A DNA stretch of 64,000 bases from an uncultured Alphaproteobacteria bacterium (GCA_963763255.1 CAVXNW010000006.1:48670-112669), one strand, 5' to 3'. Shown: positions 45,301 through 53,953, numbered from the stretch's first letter. Notes: generated from the sequence alone by a model not told the origin. Numbers and translations: made by a program.

Positions 45301-45510
45301 GACCTGCTGCTCGATAGGTAGGGCAACCGTATCAATCAGAGTCTTGGCGCTAGCGCCCGGAAATCGCGTGGCGACCTGAATAGTTGGCGGCACCACATTG
45401 GGGTATTCGGCGGTCGGCAATTCCAAAAGCGCGACCAGCCCGACCAGAACAAAAACCAATGCCAGCACGTTGGCGAGCACAGGTCGGTCGATGAAGAAGC
45501 GCGAGATCAT
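42358..45510 (-). CDS. RND (HAE1, AcrB/MexB-like) multidrug efflux permease
   Basis: 1050 aa. The N-terminus MISRFFIDRPVLANVLALVFVLVG and the 12-TMS two-large-loop organisation are typical. Confidence 0.95.
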   Translation of the reverse strand: MISRFFIDRPVLANVLALVFVLVGLVALLELPTAEYPNVVPPTIQVATRFPGASAKTLIDTVALPIEQQVNGVEGMLYMQSTSASDGTYTLTVTFAIGTDPDKAQILVQNQVATALSSLPSAVQAQGVTTTKKSSSILEFITLVSPDSRFDSLFLSNYAVINLQNELARLKGVGAVTIFGTGQYAMRIWMNPDLLQTRGLTPQDVINAIQGQSQQVTAGQVGAPPAPSGQDFQYTLDIKGRLDEVAEFENIVVKAAGANGGQITKIRDIGRVELGAQTYSQSFNLDGRPAAGIGISLLPDANAIAVATTVKAKMDELAKSFPPGVSYSIPYDTTKFVKAAIDEVYVTLIEAAVLVLIVILVFLQDWRAMLVPATTVPVTIIGAFAAMAALGFSINLATLFAIVLAIGIVVDDAIVIVEGVSRYVEEGLPGREAAARAMDDLIGPVIGITLVLMSVFLPAAFLPGLTGQLYRQFALVIAATAFISAINAVTLKPTQSALWLRAPVPLERRNFFYRGFNAAFGATERGYVRIVAAMTRRSGLMVVLALGLVVLAVWGLARVPTAFLPNEDQGYLIVSAQLPDGASKERTDAVMQQISTIARKAPGVESVITVSGISVLDNFASLANAGVAFVVLKDWDLRLKQKGQDLRSIVINLNRSLHGIAQALVFALPPPPIQGIGNVGGFTMQVEIRNGDFDYGLLQSLADTVVRAGNAQSALQRLNTTFRANAPQLSVTVDRTKAETLGITVGNVFSALSTYVGSSYAAQFNKFGHVFQLYTQALPTYRASAGDIRNLKVRAGNGTMTPLGTVVDIKEVQGPSLISLYNLYPSATIVGNPAPGFSSGEALDIMDQIGQHELPPGTSYEWTAMSYQEKAVGSQMYFVFGLAILLVYFVLAGQYESWILPLAVILGVPLALLGTVGVLTALGAANNLYTQIGLILLIALGSKNAILVVEYARQRRAEGMDIATAAVEGARLRFRPILMTSFAFILGVLPLVVATGAGAGARRSIGIPVFSGMIASTCLVVVFVPSFYVVMQRLDERRRRRSVRNDTTVA

Positions 45511-45529
45511 GACAGCACCCCGCGTCCCT

Positions 45530-46765
45530 TCATTTCACTGCCGGTTTGGGAGCGATCGTCTTGGGATCGTCTGATGAGCCGGCTTCGGCCAGCGTCAATG
45601 CGGATCGTTGCGGCTCTACCTTAGCGCCGGGAAAGGCCTGTTGGACGCCTTCAATCACCACCCAGTCACCTGGATCGAGACCGGATTCGACGATGACAAG
45701 CTGCCCCTGCTGCTGGCCGATTTTGACGATCTTTCGCTGGACGACGTTGTTCGCGCCAACGACCAGCACGTAGCTTCCCTCTTGGCTCGTCCCGATCGCG
45801 TCACTTCGTGTCAGCAGCGCCTTGTCCTGATGCCCGATCGGCCCCCGGACCCGAACGAAAAGGCCCGGCACCAGCGCGTTGTTCTTGTTGTCGAATATCG
45901 CGCGCACCGCCACCGTGCCGGTCGATGGGTCGACCTGCGGCGAGACGTAATCGAGATGGCCTTTATGAGGATAACCCTGTTCATCCTGCAGGCCGATCTC
46001 GACCGGGATAGTCGAAAGGTAGGTCAGGTCCGAGGTACTGGTTTGGCGTCCCGCCTTGGCGGTACTTTGCCGGATCGCCAAAAATTGCGGCTCACTCACC
46101 GTGAAGTTGACGTAGATGGGGTCGGTCTGCACGATGGTCGCCAGCGTCGTCGGGCCGGAGGCGCCGACGAGATTGCCCACATCGACCTGGTGACTGGTAA
46201 CGATGCCGTCGAAGGGCGCCGCAACCCTGGTGTAGCCAAGATTGATTTTTGCCGTCTGGAGATTAGCCTGATCAATTCCGACGGCCGCTTTGTCCTGCTG
46301 AACGACGAAGCCCTGATCCTGGGCTTGCTGCGCTGCAATTGATTTTTGCTGTTCCAATGTCTGGTAACGCGCCAGATTGACTTGCGCCTGTGCGAGCACC
46401 GACTGATCTTTTGCCAATTGGGCCGTGGCCTGATCGACCTGCGCCTCATAGGTATCGCGCTCGATGCCAAAGAGCTGCGTTCCCTTGGTGACCGCTGCGC
46501 CATCCTTGTAATCGATCAATTCGAGGTAGCCCTGGACGCGTGCAACCAGATTGGCAGTTCTGTACGACGCGGTGTTGCCGGTCAGATGAATGTACAGCAC
46601 TACCGACTTCTGCAGGGGCTGCGCGACAATGACTTTCGCAAGCGGCGGAGGCACAAAGGTATTTCTGGAGCCGCAGCTGCTCACCAGGACCGAGACGCCC
46701 AATAGCGCAAGCAATACAATGATCGTTCGGCTTCGCCGCTGCGCTCGCCCCACGACGTATGCCAT
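45530..46765 (-). CDS. RND efflux periplasmic adaptor (membrane fusion protein, AcrA/MexA-like lipoprotein)
   Basis: Start ATG at 46765. Lipobox LVSSCG, then a coiled-coil hairpin region and beta-barrel blocks (YTRVAAPFDGIV, VNFTVSE). Confidence 0.9.
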   Translation of the reverse strand: MAYVVGRAQRRSRTIIVLLALLGVSVLVSSCGSRNTFVPPPLAKVIVAQPLQKSVVLYIHLTGNTASYRTANLVARVQGYLELIDYKDGAAVTKGTQLFGIERDTYEAQVDQATAQLAKDQSVLAQAQVNLARYQTLEQQKSIAAQQAQDQGFVVQQDKAAVGIDQANLQTAKINLGYTRVAAPFDGIVTSHQVDVGNLVGASGPTTLATIVQTDPIYVNFTVSEPQFLAIRQSTAKAGRQTSTSDLTYLSTIPVEIGLQDEQGYPHKGHLDYVSPQVDPSTGTVAVRAIFDNKNNALVPGLFVRVRGPIGHQDKALLTRSDAIGTSQEGSYVLVVGANNVVQRKIVKIGQQQGQLVIVESGLDPGDWVVIEGVQQAFPGAKVEPQRSALTLAEAGSSDDPKTIAPKPAVK

Positions 46766-46895
46766 GAATGTCCCGCCGCCCAGCCGCGGTGATGTGTACG
46801 ATCGGTTCGTCACACGTATATCAGGCCATCTTTCAAGCTACCACATCGGCCTTTAGCTTCCGCACAAGGAGTATGTGGCTCGTACATGCTACTGT

Positions 46896-46930
46896 CTTGC
46901 TGACCGGGATATATCTTGCCGACCGGGATA
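46896..46930. promoter_or_regulatory. two direct copies of CTTGC(T/C)GACCGGGATA upstream of the RND operon
   Basis: Copies at 46896-46911 and 46915-46930 share the core CTGACCGG / CCGACCGG with the TetR-proximal repeats at 40198-40250. Confidence 0.35.
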
Positions 46931-47160
46931 AAGCTGGATTGCCTCCAAAACGGATCGAGGCGCTCGTCAAACGGAAAGCATTGCCGTATTCGCCTTTATC
47001 TACGTGCCGGATTTGAAACCGGTCGGCGGCCAATTCAGTTTGTCCAGCCTCGAATTGGCCGGATAACGTTGCACTCAGCTCGTTTCCGACGTGCCGCGGC
47101 GCCGTGGTCACCGCAGCAGAACGTGCATGTCCGGGTGCAGGATGGAGCGTGTGGATAGAA

Positions 47161-47418
47161 CTATTGCAGGTCTGAGCACGCTGATGGTTCCTCGGCCGGA
47201 TAACCGAAATCGAGAAAAAACCACTGCCACGGTTTGCGCGGCCGGCACGGCTGCGGAGGCAACTCAGTGGTCACGACTCGCCAGTTCCAGCTGGGATCGG
47301 TTCGCGCCGTCTGCTGCGTATAGGCGGCACCTGCCGAATTCTGCAGCACGTTGAGCGCGAAATAAGTCCCCGCGCCCATGAGAGCGAATACAAGGCATGC
47401 CGTTAAAAATGCGCGCAT
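47161..47418 (-). CDS. small hypothetical membrane/secreted protein (about 85 aa)
   Basis: Internal ATG at 47418 gives MRAFLTACLVFALMGAGTYFALNV... No family recognised. Confidence 0.4.
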   Translation of the reverse strand: MRAFLTACLVFALMGAGTYFALNVLQNSAGAAYTQQTARTDPSWNWRVVTTELPPQPCRPRKPWQWFFLDFGYPAEEPSACSDLQ

Positions 47419-47655
47419 GATCGAATTTCCACTTGCCGGTGTTCGTTTATATGAACAGCACTCCTGCACTCCAGCGCGCGGCAACGCCGCCCGGACAGCA
47501 CCAGACGCGATCCGGGCTGCACAAAGCTTAGTGCGGAACCGCAGGCTCAGCGGGCTTTGACCGCGATCTTCTTTTCCGCCTTCTGCGCTTCAGCACTCTA
47601 CAGCAGCGTCACCGAAAGCACGCCCTTCTTAAACCTTGCCTCGCCCGGCCCTTCG

Positions 47656-47669
47656 TTGATCTGCGTCAA
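47656..47669. promoter_or_regulatory. FixK/FNR-type box TTGATCTGCGTCAA
   Basis: TTGA-N6-TCAA match, 156 bp (centre) upstream of the PhaC-like gene ATG. Confidence 0.55.
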
Positions 47670-47701
47670 ATCATGCCTGCGGCCGAAAGGGTGCGCGGTG
47701 A

Positions 47702-47715
47702 TTGATGCAGGTCAA
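47702..47715. promoter_or_regulatory. FixK/FNR-type box TTGATGCAGGTCAA
   Basis: TTGA-N6-TCAA match, 110 bp (centre) upstream of the PhaC-like gene ATG and 46 bp from the preceding box. Confidence 0.6.
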
Positions 47716-47818
47716 GGCAAACTGGTGCGCGCGGCATGACATTTCGTATCCAGTCCGACGATTGCAGGCTCTCCGGCAGGACGGCGACAAGCGTCGGCAA
47801 ACAACTCGCGCCATATTC

Positions 47819-48958
47819 ATGTACGATCCAGCGGCACGCCCGTTTCCCAATCTCACCTTCTTGTGGCCGGCCTTTGCGGCCGCGGCGGCAGGTGACATAG
47901 CGGGCCTGTTCGCGCGGCAGCTTGCCGACCTGGCGATCGGAGCGGACGGCCGGTCGGCGCGCGAGCCGCCGTGGACCTCGTCGAACAGTATTGCGCTTGA
48001 GCTGAAAACGGTCCGGCTGCGCGATTTCACCGTCGGTGCCCGCGTGCAGCCGCCGACACTGTTGTGCGCGCCTTTTGCCCTGCATGGCGCCGCCGTTACG
48101 GACCTCACGACGGGGCACAGCCTGGTCGCTGCCTTGCAGCAAGCCGGCTTACAGCACCTCCTGGTGACCGACTGGCGCTCCGCCACGAGCGAAATGCGCT
48201 TTCTTGGCATCGATGATTATCTCGCCGACCTCAACGTCATGGTCGACGCGATTGGCGCGCCGGTTGATCTTATCGGCCTGTGCCAGGGCGGCTGGATGTC
48301 GCTGATCTACGCCGCCCGATTTCCGGGCAAGGTCCGCAAGCTTATCCTCGCCGGCGCACCGGTCGATATCGCCGCCGCTCCGTCTGCCCTTTCAACCCTG
48401 GCCGCAAGCTCTCCGCTGGCAATCTATCGTGATCTTGTGCGGCTCGGCGACGGTCTTCTTCCCGGCAGGAACGTGTTGAAATTCTGGGGATCAGACGCTG
48501 TTGACGCTGAAGATATCAGACGGCTGATGCAAACCGATAAGGCAATCGGGTCACCCGGCTTCGCCCGCCTGCAAGCGGCGTTCGAAACCTGGAATACATT
48601 CACGGTCGACCTCCCCGGGACCTTTTTTCTCGAGTGCGTCGAAAAACTTTACAAGCGCAACGAATTGGCAACCGGCTGTTTTGTCGCTTTGGGGCGACCG
48701 ATCGATCTAACCTCGGTCACGCTCCCGCTATTCCTGCTCGCGGCCCGCGATGATGAGCTGATAGCACCGCAACAACTGTTTGCGGTGGAGCGCCTAGTTG
48801 GGACTTCGGCCCAGGATCTACGCAAAGCCATTGTGCCATGCCGTCACGTCGGATTGTTCATCGGCAAGAGGACGATCGAGGACATCTGGCCGAAAATTGC
48901 GCATTGGCTCCGCGAAGAGCCGGGTGGCCGGCAGGCCGTGCAGCGAGGGAGTGAGTGA
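47819..48958 (+). CDS. PHA synthase-like alpha/beta hydrolase (short, class III/IV PhaC-like)
   Basis: Start ATG at 47819 (MYDPAARPF..). The lipase-box variant has Cys (GLCQGG = G-x-C-x-G-G). Downstream Asp (ARDDELIAP) and His (CRHVGLFIG) blocks parallel ERDHVAP and GHNAGIV in the class I PhaC at 50153-52039. Confidence 0.65.
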   Translation: MYDPAARPFPNLTFLWPAFAAAAAGDIAGLFARQLADLAIGADGRSAREPPWTSSNSIALELKTVRLRDFTVGARVQPPTLLCAPFALHGAAVTDLTTGHSLVAALQQAGLQHLLVTDWRSATSEMRFLGIDDYLADLNVMVDAIGAPVDLIGLCQGGWMSLIYAARFPGKVRKLILAGAPVDIAAAPSALSTLAASSPLAIYRDLVRLGDGLLPGRNVLKFWGSDAVDAEDIRRLMQTDKAIGSPGFARLQAAFETWNTFTVDLPGTFFLECVEKLYKRNELATGCFVALGRPIDLTSVTLPLFLLAARDDELIAPQQLFAVERLVGTSAQDLRKAIVPCRHVGLFIGKRTIEDIWPKIAHWLREEPGGRQAVQRGSE

Positions 48959-48961
48959 GCC

Positions 48962-49789
48962 ATGGCATTCAAGACAATCATGGTTTACGTCGATTTCGAC
49001 GAGCAATCCGAGAAACGTATCGGCGCCGCAGCGGAGCTGGCGAATTGATTCGATGCGGTACTCATCGGCGTGGCCGGCTGGCCGCTACGCCGATCGGGCT
49101 CCCTGGCCCATTCGGACGTGGAATATCCATCCACTGAAGAACATCTGCAGGCCAAAGTTGCCGAAGAACTGGAGCGGCTGGGCGAAATGTTCCGGCGCTG
49201 CGCGCAACCCGCGCGGCGCAGCATAGAATGGCGCTCGTCGTCTCATTTCCCAAATGAGGTGATCGCCGCGCAGGCGCGAGCGGCGGACCTCGTTATTATC
49301 GGGCGCGATCCGCTGCATGACGACAATTTCCATACGTACGATCCGGGGGCCATCATCTTGGCGTGCGGCCGGCCGGTACTGGTGTTACCGAACGGCGTTA
49401 ATCGGGTGCATGCATCACGCGTTCTGATCGCCTGGAAGGATAGCCGTGAGGCGCGTCGGGCAGTCTCCGATGCGCTGCCGTTCCTGAGCGCGGCGGAAGC
49501 CGTCATCGTCGCGGCGGTCGGGCCTTCAGAGATCGAACTCGCCACGCGCGAACAGATCGATGACGTCGCCGATTTCCTGCAGCGTCATGGGGTGACAATC
49601 GACGCAAAGGTAGCGATTCCTACACGCGAGGCCGATGCGCATGTTCTGCTAAGGCTTGTCGACGAACGAAAAGCCGATTTGATCGTCGCCGGCGCCTATG
49701 GACGTAGCCGGTTGAGCGAATGGATATTCGGCGGCGTGACTCGCTCGCTCCTTACACGCAGCAAAGTCCCTATCCTGTTCGCAAATTGA
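48962..49789 (+). pseudogene. tandem-domain universal stress protein (UspA family) interrupted by an in-frame TGA at 49046-49048
   Basis: ATG at 48962 encodes MAFKTIMVYVDFDEQSEKRIGAAAELAN, then TGA. The same frame continues FDAVLIGVAGWPL... into the 239-aa ORF 49070-49789 (..LIAWKDSREA.., ..DLIVAGAYGRSRLSEWIFGGVT..). Total length is about 275 codons, typical of tandem Usp. Confidence 0.65.
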
Positions 49790-49992
49790 TTGCGTGAGTA
49801 TTATTTCCAGGGGGCGGTTCGATCTGCAGGCGTGATAATCTGTGAAATAGTCAGTCGATCCCCACCCGTGCAATGACGGCGAGCTTGATCGAACGCAACG
49901 CTAGCGCCGCGCTCGCGCGGCCTTCCTGAAACACGCCGGATCGTTGGTCGCGGTCGCTTCGGTGTGACAATTCATGACAAGGCGTGGCCGTC

Positions 49993-50006
49993 TTGATCTG
50001 CATCAA
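49993..50006. promoter_or_regulatory. FixK/FNR-type box TTGATCTGCATCAA (orphan, in a convergent intergenic gap)
   Basis: Perfect TTGAT-N4-ATCAA between the 3' ends of the usp and phaC genes. Confidence 0.5.
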
Positions 50007-50152
50007 TGCGACCGCCCCCGTGTCGATTATATGCGATCGGGGGGCGTTTCAACGCAATGGTCCTTGTAGAAGGAGCAACCAATGGCCACGCGTCGCGAAG
50101 TCGAAGGCGTGACGCCCCGGAAAGTAGTAACCGCGGAAAAGAGGTGTTCGCG

Positions 50153-52039
50153 TCACTGCATCAGCACATAGGTGCCCGGCGCCTCGGCAAGCGGGGGATA
50201 GCCAGCCTGGGCCGCACCCATCGGCGGGATGCCGGTGGGCGGCCCTGAGCGTTCGCTGAGCCAAGCGACCCATTCCGGCCACCACGACCCATCCTGGCGC
50301 CGCGCCTCGGCCAGATATCGCTCCGGATCAAGGTAGTGCTGGTTCGCTTGTTTGGTTCTGACGCGGAAATTGCGTCCAGGATGACCGAGCTCCGACACAA
50401 TGCCGGCATTGTGCCCGCCGCTGGTGAGCAGATAAGTCACATCGGTATCGAACTGAAGATTGATCTTATAGGTCGATCGCCAGGGCGCGACATGATCGCG
50501 CTCGGTACCAACGGCGAAGACCGGCACGCCAATGTCCTTGAGCGCGATCGGCCTGCCTCCCGCCATGCAACGGCCTTCCGCCAACTCGTTATCGAGGAAC
50601 AGCCGGCGCAGATATTCAGAGTGCATGCGATAGGGCATGCGAGTTGCATCCGCGTTCCAGGCCATCAGGTCGGTCATCGGTTCACGCTCACCGAGCAGAT
50701 AATCGTGCACCCCACGCGACCAGACGAGGTCGTTCGAGCGCAGCATTTCGAAGGCGCCGGCCATCTGACGACTGTCGAGGAAGCCTTGCTCCCACATCAT
50801 GTCTTCCAGAAACGCGACTTGGCTTTCGTCAGTGAAGAGCAGCAATTCGCCGGCCTCGGTGAAATCAGTCTGCGCCGCCAATAGTGTGAGCGTCGCGATC
50901 CGATCGTCGCGGTCGCGCGCCATCGCCGCCGCCGCGATCGAGAGCAGCGTGCCGCCGAGGCAATAGCCCACCGCATGCACTTTGCGGTCCGGCACGATCC
51001 GGCCGATAGCGCCAAGCGCGTCCATCACACCGAGCGACCGGTAATCGTCCATGCCGAGATCGCGATCGTCCGGCACGGGATTTTTCCAGGAAATCATGAA
51101 GACCGTGAAGCCTTGTTCGGTCAGGTACTTGACCAGCGAATTGTGCGGCGACAGGTCGAGAATGTAATATTTCATGATCCACGCGGGTACGATGAGGATC
51201 GGTTCCGGTCTCACTTCCCGCGTTACCGGTGCGTATTGGATCAGTTCGATCAGGCGATTGCGGAAAACCACCTTGCCGGGGGTTACCGCGACGTCGTGGC
51301 CGACCTTGAATTGCTCCGTGCCGACCGGCTTCTTGCCTCCAAAGGCGCGCTCGCAATCCGCAAAGACGTTCTGCGCGCCGCGCACAAGATTGGATCCGCC
51401 GGCGCTCATCGTGCGCCACAGAATTTCCGGATTGGTCAGCATAAAATTCGAGGGTGCGGCTACATCGAGAAGCTGTCGCGTGGCGAACTCGACCATGTCT
51501 TCGTGATGTTTTGATACGCCGCGCAAGCCGGTCGTGGCGTTATACCACCATTGCTGCTGCAACAGAAAACTCTGATAGATGAAGTTGAAGGGCCATTGCC
51601 GCCATTTTTCATCGCGGAAGCGGTGATCCTGCGGTAGCGGGTCGATGCAGGGTTCCGCATTCGGGCCCTCGACGGCGTACCGAAGAGCGTAATTCGCGAA
51701 GCGCAACGCTTTGCGGAACGCTTTGTCTGCTAGTTGCATACGTTTGCCCGGCGCGACGGCAAGATGCGTCGCCCAATCCCAGTAGGCTTGGGTGAGTGCG
51801 GCCGGTGACAAACCTCCGGTCATGCGTGCAATTGCGGCGTGGAGCGTGCGGTCGGTGACATCGGCGAGCGCAGTGACACTATAGGAATCGCGGTCGTCCG
51901 GTTCGACCGCCGGGCCGACGATCGCTGCCTCCGCGTCCGACCGTTCGGGGGCAATCGGAGCAACGGCCGAAATTTCGGCAGGTGCAATTGCGCTGTTCGT
52001 CATCGCTATTTGCCGCGGAAACCGCGCAGGCGCTGTCAT
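50153..52039 (-). CDS. phaC: class I poly(3-hydroxyalkanoate) synthase
   Basis: 628 aa with lipase-box GYCLGG and conserved blocks (WNADATRMP, ERDHVAP, GGHNAGIV). N-terminal domain typical of class I PhaC. Confidence 0.9.
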   Translation of the reverse strand: MTAPARFPRQIAMTNSAIAPAEISAVAPIAPERSDAEAAIVGPAVEPDDRDSYSVTALADVTDRTLHAAIARMTGGLSPAALTQAYWDWATHLAVAPGKRMQLADKAFRKALRFANYALRYAVEGPNAEPCIDPLPQDHRFRDEKWRQWPFNFIYQSFLLQQQWWYNATTGLRGVSKHHEDMVEFATRQLLDVAAPSNFMLTNPEILWRTMSAGGSNLVRGAQNVFADCERAFGGKKPVGTEQFKVGHDVAVTPGKVVFRNRLIELIQYAPVTREVRPEPILIVPAWIMKYYILDLSPHNSLVKYLTEQGFTVFMISWKNPVPDDRDLGMDDYRSLGVMDALGAIGRIVPDRKVHAVGYCLGGTLLSIAAAAMARDRDDRIATLTLLAAQTDFTEAGELLLFTDESQVAFLEDMMWEQGFLDSRQMAGAFEMLRSNDLVWSRGVHDYLLGEREPMTDLMAWNADATRMPYRMHSEYLRRLFLDNELAEGRCMAGGRPIALKDIGVPVFAVGTERDHVAPWRSTYKINLQFDTDVTYLLTSGGHNAGIVSELGHPGRNFRVRTKQANQHYLDPERYLAEARRQDGSWWPEWVAWLSERSGPPTGIPPMGAAQAGYPPLAEAPGTYVLMQ

Positions 52040-52217
52040 GGACTAACTCGGCATGATTACAAAGATACGACGTTTCGCGACGAACCTCCCCCCGTTTAAA
52101 AAAGCCCCGGCCAAAAATAAGGCCGGGGCCAAATGCTGGCATCCGATTCCCCTGGGAGGCCGGGAAATTGGACGCAATACCAGCACAGCAAGACTAGCCA
52201 ACCATGCGGGAATTGCT

Positions 52218-52231
52218 TTGATTTGCATCAA
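52218..52231. promoter_or_regulatory. FixK/FNR-type box TTGATTTGCATCAA upstream of phaC
   Basis: Perfect TTGAT-N4-ATCAA, 2 nt downstream of the CBS-BON stop codon and about 185 bp upstream of the phaC start. Confidence 0.6.
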
Positions 52232-52232
52232 T

Positions 52233-52982
52233 TCAATGAATCGCGCGTCCAGTCGAGTCCTCGGCTCTGGCTTCATCTTCCGCAGACGGAATGGCGATCC
52301 CAGACATCGGCTCGACCCAAACGAGGTGGTCGTGAACCTCTTTGACGCCTGCGACGTTCTCCGCCGCGACGATGAGCGCCTTGCGTTGACGCTCATCCGT
52401 GATGATGCCGGATAATTCCGCAGCGCCGTTGTGGACTGCCACGTTGACTTTCGGCGCCCAATTCACGTCGGCAAACGCCGCCAGGATCCGGTCGCGAATC
52501 GTCCCGTCATCGGCCGCGGGGCCGTGGGTATAGCGGGCGGTCTCGGTCAGGGCGTCCACGAGATTGGCGCGGCTGACAATTCCTACGATACGGCTATTGC
52601 GCAGCACCGGCAGCCGCTTGACGTGCCGGCGCTCCATCAGTTCGACCACGGTCTCCAGCGAGTTGTCCTCACTGACCGTAACGGGATCGGGCGTCATCAC
52701 TTCCTCGACCGTTCGGCCGGTCGTATGCACGTATTCAGCCGCAAGGCGCCCCGGCCCGAGCAAGAATTCAAGCCATCTAGGCCGCTGTCGTTGCGTTCCT
52801 ATTTCACCACGGCGCAGAAAATCGCCTTCGGTCACAATCCCGACCAGCGCGCCGGCGGCGTCCACTACCGGCAGACCGCTGACTTTATTCAGCAGCATCA
52901 GCTGTGCCGCATCGAGCACCGATTGATCGCCGCGAACCGAAATCACGTTGCGCGTCATCACATCGCGCACTTGCATCATCAT
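52233..52982 (-). CDS. CBS-pair plus BON domain protein
   Basis: 249 aa. Two CBS motifs (VRDVMTRNVISV.., VEEVMTPDPVTV..) are followed by a BON-like C-terminus (VAVHNGAAELSGII...AAENVAGVKEVHDHL). Confidence 0.85.
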   Translation of the reverse strand: MMMQVRDVMTRNVISVRGDQSVLDAAQLMLLNKVSGLPVVDAAGALVGIVTEGDFLRRGEIGTQRQRPRWLEFLLGPGRLAAEYVHTTGRTVEEVMTPDPVTVSEDNSLETVVELMERRHVKRLPVLRNSRIVGIVSRANLVDALTETARYTHGPAADDGTIRDRILAAFADVNWAPKVNVAVHNGAAELSGIITDERQRKALIVAAENVAGVKEVHDHLVWVEPMSGIAIPSAEDEARAEDSTGRAIH

Positions 52983-53010
52983 GTTTATTTCCTCCCCGAT
53001 CCAGCATTCC

Positions 53011-53721
53011 TCAGCTCACGATCCGATGCAGCGCCGCGCGGTTGCGGAGCACGATGTGCCGTGAGGTCGGCAGTCCGATCGCGGCGGAACATTCCAGAGC
53101 GGTGAGGGTCCGCGACACTGTCTCGATGGTCAGGCCAAGGTAGTCGGCAATATCCTGGCGCGACATCGGCAGCTCAACAGAATTGCCAGCAGACGTGCGA
53201 TCCGCCATTTCGAGCAGGAAGCCTGCCACCCTCTCCTGGGCGCTCTTGATGAGCAGCAGAATTCGGTCCTGCGCGCGGCGCAATTCGCGACCGGTCAGCG
53301 TGAAAAGCTCGCGGGCGATGGACGGGTCGCGCCCGGCAAGCGCATCGATCGCACTGCGCTTGATCACCAGCACCTTGCTGTCGGCGATCGCTTCCGCCGA
53401 TACGGTGTGCTCGTCATCGAAGCTCAAACCAAAGACTTCACCGGGGAGATAAAAGCCGCTGATCTGGCGGCGGCCGTCGTTCAGCGTCTTGTAAGTGCGC
53501 ACACAACCGCTCATCACCCTGTAGAGGTATTCGGACGGCTCCCCCTCACCGAAAATTTCGCTGTTGCGCGAATGCGACATGACAGCGCCCATCAGGTGCA
53601 TCGTCTGCGTCAGCGGCTGATCGGCGCTTTCAACGGCGCGGACGGATACCGGTGCAACGCGGCGGGCAGACTTCGGTGCGGGGTGAAAGGCGTTGGAGCG
53701 GACTGCGGTCTGGATGAGCAT
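53011..53721 (-). CDS. Crp/Fnr-family transcriptional regulator, FixK type (no N-terminal Cys cluster)
   Basis: cNMP-binding-like fold (LYRVMSGCVRTYKTLNDGRRQISGFYLPGEVFG). C-terminal HTH SRQDIADYLGLTIETVSRTLTALE carries the E--SR recognition motif that reads TTGAT half-sites. Confidence 0.9.
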   Translation of the reverse strand: MLIQTAVRSNAFHPAPKSARRVAPVSVRAVESADQPLTQTMHLMGAVMSHSRNSEIFGEGEPSEYLYRVMSGCVRTYKTLNDGRRQISGFYLPGEVFGLSFDDEHTVSAEAIADSKVLVIKRSAIDALAGRDPSIARELFTLTGRELRRAQDRILLLIKSAQERVAGFLLEMADRTSAGNSVELPMSRQDIADYLGLTIETVSRTLTALECSAAIGLPTSRHIVLRNRAALHRIVS

Positions 53722-53939
53722 GCGACGTGCCTCCGAGGGGTTTCGAAGGCATTGGTAGTCCGGTGCCTCAGGGTAAAAAATTCAGATGTTGCCCCTAAGT
53801 AATATCCCGGAGGCTCACTAAGGCAGCATCGACGCCTCACCGCCCATTCGAAAGAAGCCAGACCCGCAACACATTGTGGCATGCCAGCATTTTACAATTT
53901 CGCGCGAAAATTCACCGCCACGGATGGCGATGCTTCAGG

Positions 53940-53953
53940 TTGATTTTCGTCAA
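53940..53953. promoter_or_regulatory. FixK/FNR-type box TTGATTTTCGTCAA in the fixK-like / nitroreductase divergent region
   Basis: TTGA-N6-TCAA match centred about 81 bp upstream of the nitroreductase ATG (54028) and about 225 bp upstream of the fixK-like start. Confidence 0.6.

Noticed and set aside
49046-49048. Selenocysteine recoding of the in-frame TGA in usp
   Set aside because: I saw no SECIS-like hairpin immediately downstream, and Usp proteins are not known selenoproteins. A CGA-to-TGA nonsense change is the simpler explanation.
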